Origin: an uncultured archaeon
GTDB lineage: Archaea > Iainarchaeota > Iainarchaeia > Iainarchaeales > CSSED10-239
DNA length: 7,753 nt
Reading direction: 5' to 3'
NCBI GenBank assembly: GCA_964463155.1
Contig: CAYXAY010000034.1
Span: 1-7,753 of the forward strand
Numbering within the stretch: the first letter of the stretch is position 1; each line of letters begins with the position of its first letter. A program made the translations under genes and the position numbers. Under the pieces are notes generated by a model. It saw nothing but the letters and a program-made list of their open reading frames with translations. It was not told the origin of the DNA and ran no database searches. Positions 5,817 through 7,753 of the stretch are shown here, in pieces.

Positions 5817-6547
5817 TTGAAAAAAGAGAAACCCATCACTCAAAAAATTAAAGAAAAATATAAGCGCACAGCTAAAGATTGGAATAAAGTCTGGACAAAA
5901 TCAAAGAATTATAATTCTAGAATTATAAAATTTATTAATAATTCAAAAACAGATATTAAGTTTCTAAGTGTTGGTATAGGAAAAGGAGATTTTGAATCTA
6001 AATTAAAGTATAAAAATATTTACGGAATTGATATATCTAAAGAAATGATTAAAATCTGCAAAAAAAAACAACCCGGAATTTAAATTAATAGTAAGAGATG
6101 CCGAAAAACTGCCATACAAAGATAATTCATTTGATATTGTCTTTGAAAGAAACTATCTTAGAAACTTTGTAAATCCTAAACCTGCATTTAAAGAAATGTA
6201 TAGAGTTCTAAAGAACGGTGGGAACTAGTAATTATAGAGGGTGCGGTGTATAATAAAGAGGAAAAATATCTAACCAAAATCATTAGATGCATAGACCCCT
6301 TTAGGCCAAAATTCCCAACTCATGAAAAACTAAAGAAATTAAACAACAAGTGGAAGGATTACACACAAAATGGGTAAAATCCTTTTGTAAATCTAAAAAC
6401 GCAACTGAAAAACAAAAGCAAAAAGTAATAGAAATTTGTGAAAACCTACCTGGCTGGTATAAAAAACAGTACCATCTTACAGTATATAAGAAACAAAGAG
6501 AAATAGAATCAATATTAACTTTTACATTAATTAAAGGTATTAAATAA
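5817..6547 (+). pseudogene. class I SAM-dependent methyltransferase (Methyltransf_11-like) disrupted by three frameshifts
   Basis: The stitched reading starts with ...IKFLSVGIGKGDF (GxGxG motif I) and YGIDISKEMIKICKK. A shift follows in the A9 run 6060..6068. The next block is NNPEFKLIVRDAEKLPYKDNSFDIVF...FKEMYRVLKNGG. A second shift follows at gggaac 6220..6225, where one A is missing. The next block is KLVIIEGAVYNKEEKYLTKIIRCIDPFRPKFPTHEKL. A third shift falls somewhere in 6326..6375, followed by ...EGLHTKWVKSF...LIKGIK*. The only start is a TTG at 5817 with no Shine-Dalgarno. Assignment of the last 65 codons to the same gene is less certain. Confidence 0.8.
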
Positions 6548-6562
6548 AAGGAGAAATTAAAA

Positions 6563-7753
6563 ATGGAAAAATATATAGCAAGAGGTTATGTCTCAGAGAT
6601 AAGAAATTTTGGAAATCTAATGTTCTTTATCTTAAGAGATCAATACAAGAAGGAACAAATTACTTTCTTTAAGAAGGGTAATCCTGAGCTTTTTGAAAAG
6701 GCAAAGAAAATTACTAAAGAATCAGTTGTTGTTGTTACTGGAACTAAAAAGGATTCAGAACAAGCAATGAATGGTTATGAAGTGATTCCTGAGACCTTAG
6801 ATATTCTTTCCATTTCTGATGCTCCGGTGCCTCTTGATATCTCTGGAAAGATTGAAAGCGGTTTTGATACTAGAATCAATTACAGATATATAGACTTAAG
6901 AGTTCCAGAAAATCTTGCAATCTTTAAAGTAAGATCAAAGATTGTTAGAGCTGTTACTGATTTCTTTGACTCTAAGGGCTTTATTAATATTAATACTCCA
7001 AAGATAGTCTCTAAGGGGGTAGAAAGTGGCTCAGAGTTGTTTGAAATAAATTACTTTGGAAATAAAGCTTATCTGTCACAGTCTCCTCAAGTCTATAAGC
7101 AAATGATGATTGCTGGTGGCTTTAATAAAGTCTATGAGATTGGAGAAGTGTTTAGAGCAGAGAAGAGCCACACTACAAGACACTTAACTGAGTTTACAGG
7201 AATTGATATGGAAATGGGATATATTAAAGACCCAGAAGAAGTATATACTGTCTTAGAAGAACTTATGAGATCTGTTCTAACAGAAGTAAAAAAAGAATGT
7301 AAAACAGAACTTGAATTATTAAAGGTAGAAATTAAAATACCAGAAAAGATTCCAAGAATCAAAATGAAAGAAGCTAAAGCTCTTCTTAAAACCAAAGGAA
7401 AAATAATTCCAGACGAAGAAGATCTTGACTCTGAAGGCGAAAAGATGCTTGGAGATATTGTTATGAAAGAATTTGGTAGCGAATTTGTTTTCTTAACTGA
7501 ATTCCCATTTACTAAAAGACCATTCTATCATATGTGTAAAGAAGAAAAAGAAGAAGGAATTAAAATTACTAAAAGTTTCGATCTTATTTGGAAAGGTTGT
7601 GAAATATCTACAGGTGCTCAAAGAGAACATAGAACTGAAATCTTAAAAACACAGATCTTAGAAAAAGGAATGTCCTTAGAAGACATGGACTACTATGTTA
7701 AGATGCTTAGTTATGGTGTTCCAAGTCATGGCGGCGCAGGTTTTGGTCTTGAT
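6563..7753 (+). CDS. aspS: aspartate--tRNA ligase, archaeal/eukaryal type; 5' partial (397 codons, continues past the right edge)
   Basis: ATG 6563 has AAGGAG (6548..6553) 9 nt upstream. The frame is open for all 1191 nt to the window end, so the gene is missing from the stop-delimited ORF track. It begins with an N-terminal OB fold (GYVSEIRNFGNLMFFILRD). The AspRS signature YLSQSPQVYKQMM is present, as is motif 2 FRAEKSHTTRHLTEFTGIDMEM. There is no bacterial GAD insertion between motifs 2 and 3. The sequence ends in motif 3 context: SYGVPSHGGAGFGLD. Whether the enzyme is discriminating or non-discriminating cannot be judged from sequence alone here. Confidence 0.93.
   Translation, partial: MEKYIARGYVSEIRNFGNLMFFILRDQYKKEQITFFKKGNPELFEKAKKITKESVVVVTGTKKDSEQAMNGYEVIPETLDILSISDAPVPLDISGKIESGFDTRINYRYIDLRVPENLAIFKVRSKIVRAVTDFFDSKGFININTPKIVSKGVESGSELFEINYFGNKAYLSQSPQVYKQMMIAGGFNKVYEIGEVFRAEKSHTTRHLTEFTGIDMEMGYIKDPEEVYTVLEELMRSVLTEVKKECKTELELLKVEIKIPEKIPRIKMKEAKALLKTKGKIIPDEEDLDSEGEKMLGDIVMKEFGSEFVFLTEFPFTKRPFYHMCKEEKEEGIKITKSFDLIWKGCEISTGAQREHRTEILKTQILEKGMSLEDMDYYVKMLSYGVPSHGGAGFGLD

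Noticed and set aside
1-7753. CRISPR array, tRNA genes, IS element or transposase, integrase, toxin-antitoxin pair
   Set aside because: I found no spaced direct repeats of CRISPR size. No cloverleaf-capable GC-rich ~75-nt segment is present; the only GC-rich island is the SRP RNA. There are no transposase- or integrase-like translations in any frame, no terminal inverted repeats flanking the pseudogenes, and no small adjacent ORF pairs with credible starts.

Overview
This is an AT-rich chromosomal segment that looks archaeal. The evidence is an FtsZ closest in style to archaeal FtsZ1, a short archaeal/eukaryal-type AspRS, and a ~270-nt SRP (7S) RNA behind a TATA box. GGAGG/GAGGTG ribosome-binding sites sit 8-9 nt upstream of starts. 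A small-genome lineage such as DPANN would fit the composition and the gene decay, but that is inference.

The intact backbone is:
- ftsZ (794..1891, minus strand)
- an unannotated SRP RNA (~2080..2350, minus strand)
- a 62-aa CxxC-x17-CxxC zinc-ribbon protein (2635..2823, plus strand)
- thrS (3798..5720, plus strand; bacterial-type architecture)
- the 5' 397 codons of aspS (6563..7753, plus strand; runs off the window, so it is absent from the ORF track)
- possibly the first 23 codons of a minus-strand gene at 1..69

Four gene fossils lie between these genes:
- the C-terminal domain of an ORF6N-family protein, with one frameshift
- a 28-codon head of a D12/Dam-class DNA methyltransferase
- fused to that head, a heavily damaged beta-class N4/N6 DNA methyltransferase
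- a class I SAM-methyltransferase with three frameshifts, wedged between thrS and aspS

I see no CRISPR array, tRNA, transposase or intact defence operon, and no convincing intact novel multi-gene system. The leads worth following are the restriction-modification fossil, the decay pattern (accessory genes broken at A-runs, housekeeping genes intact), the bacterial-type ThrRS in an archaeal context, the SRP RNA, and the uncharacterised zinc-ribbon protein.
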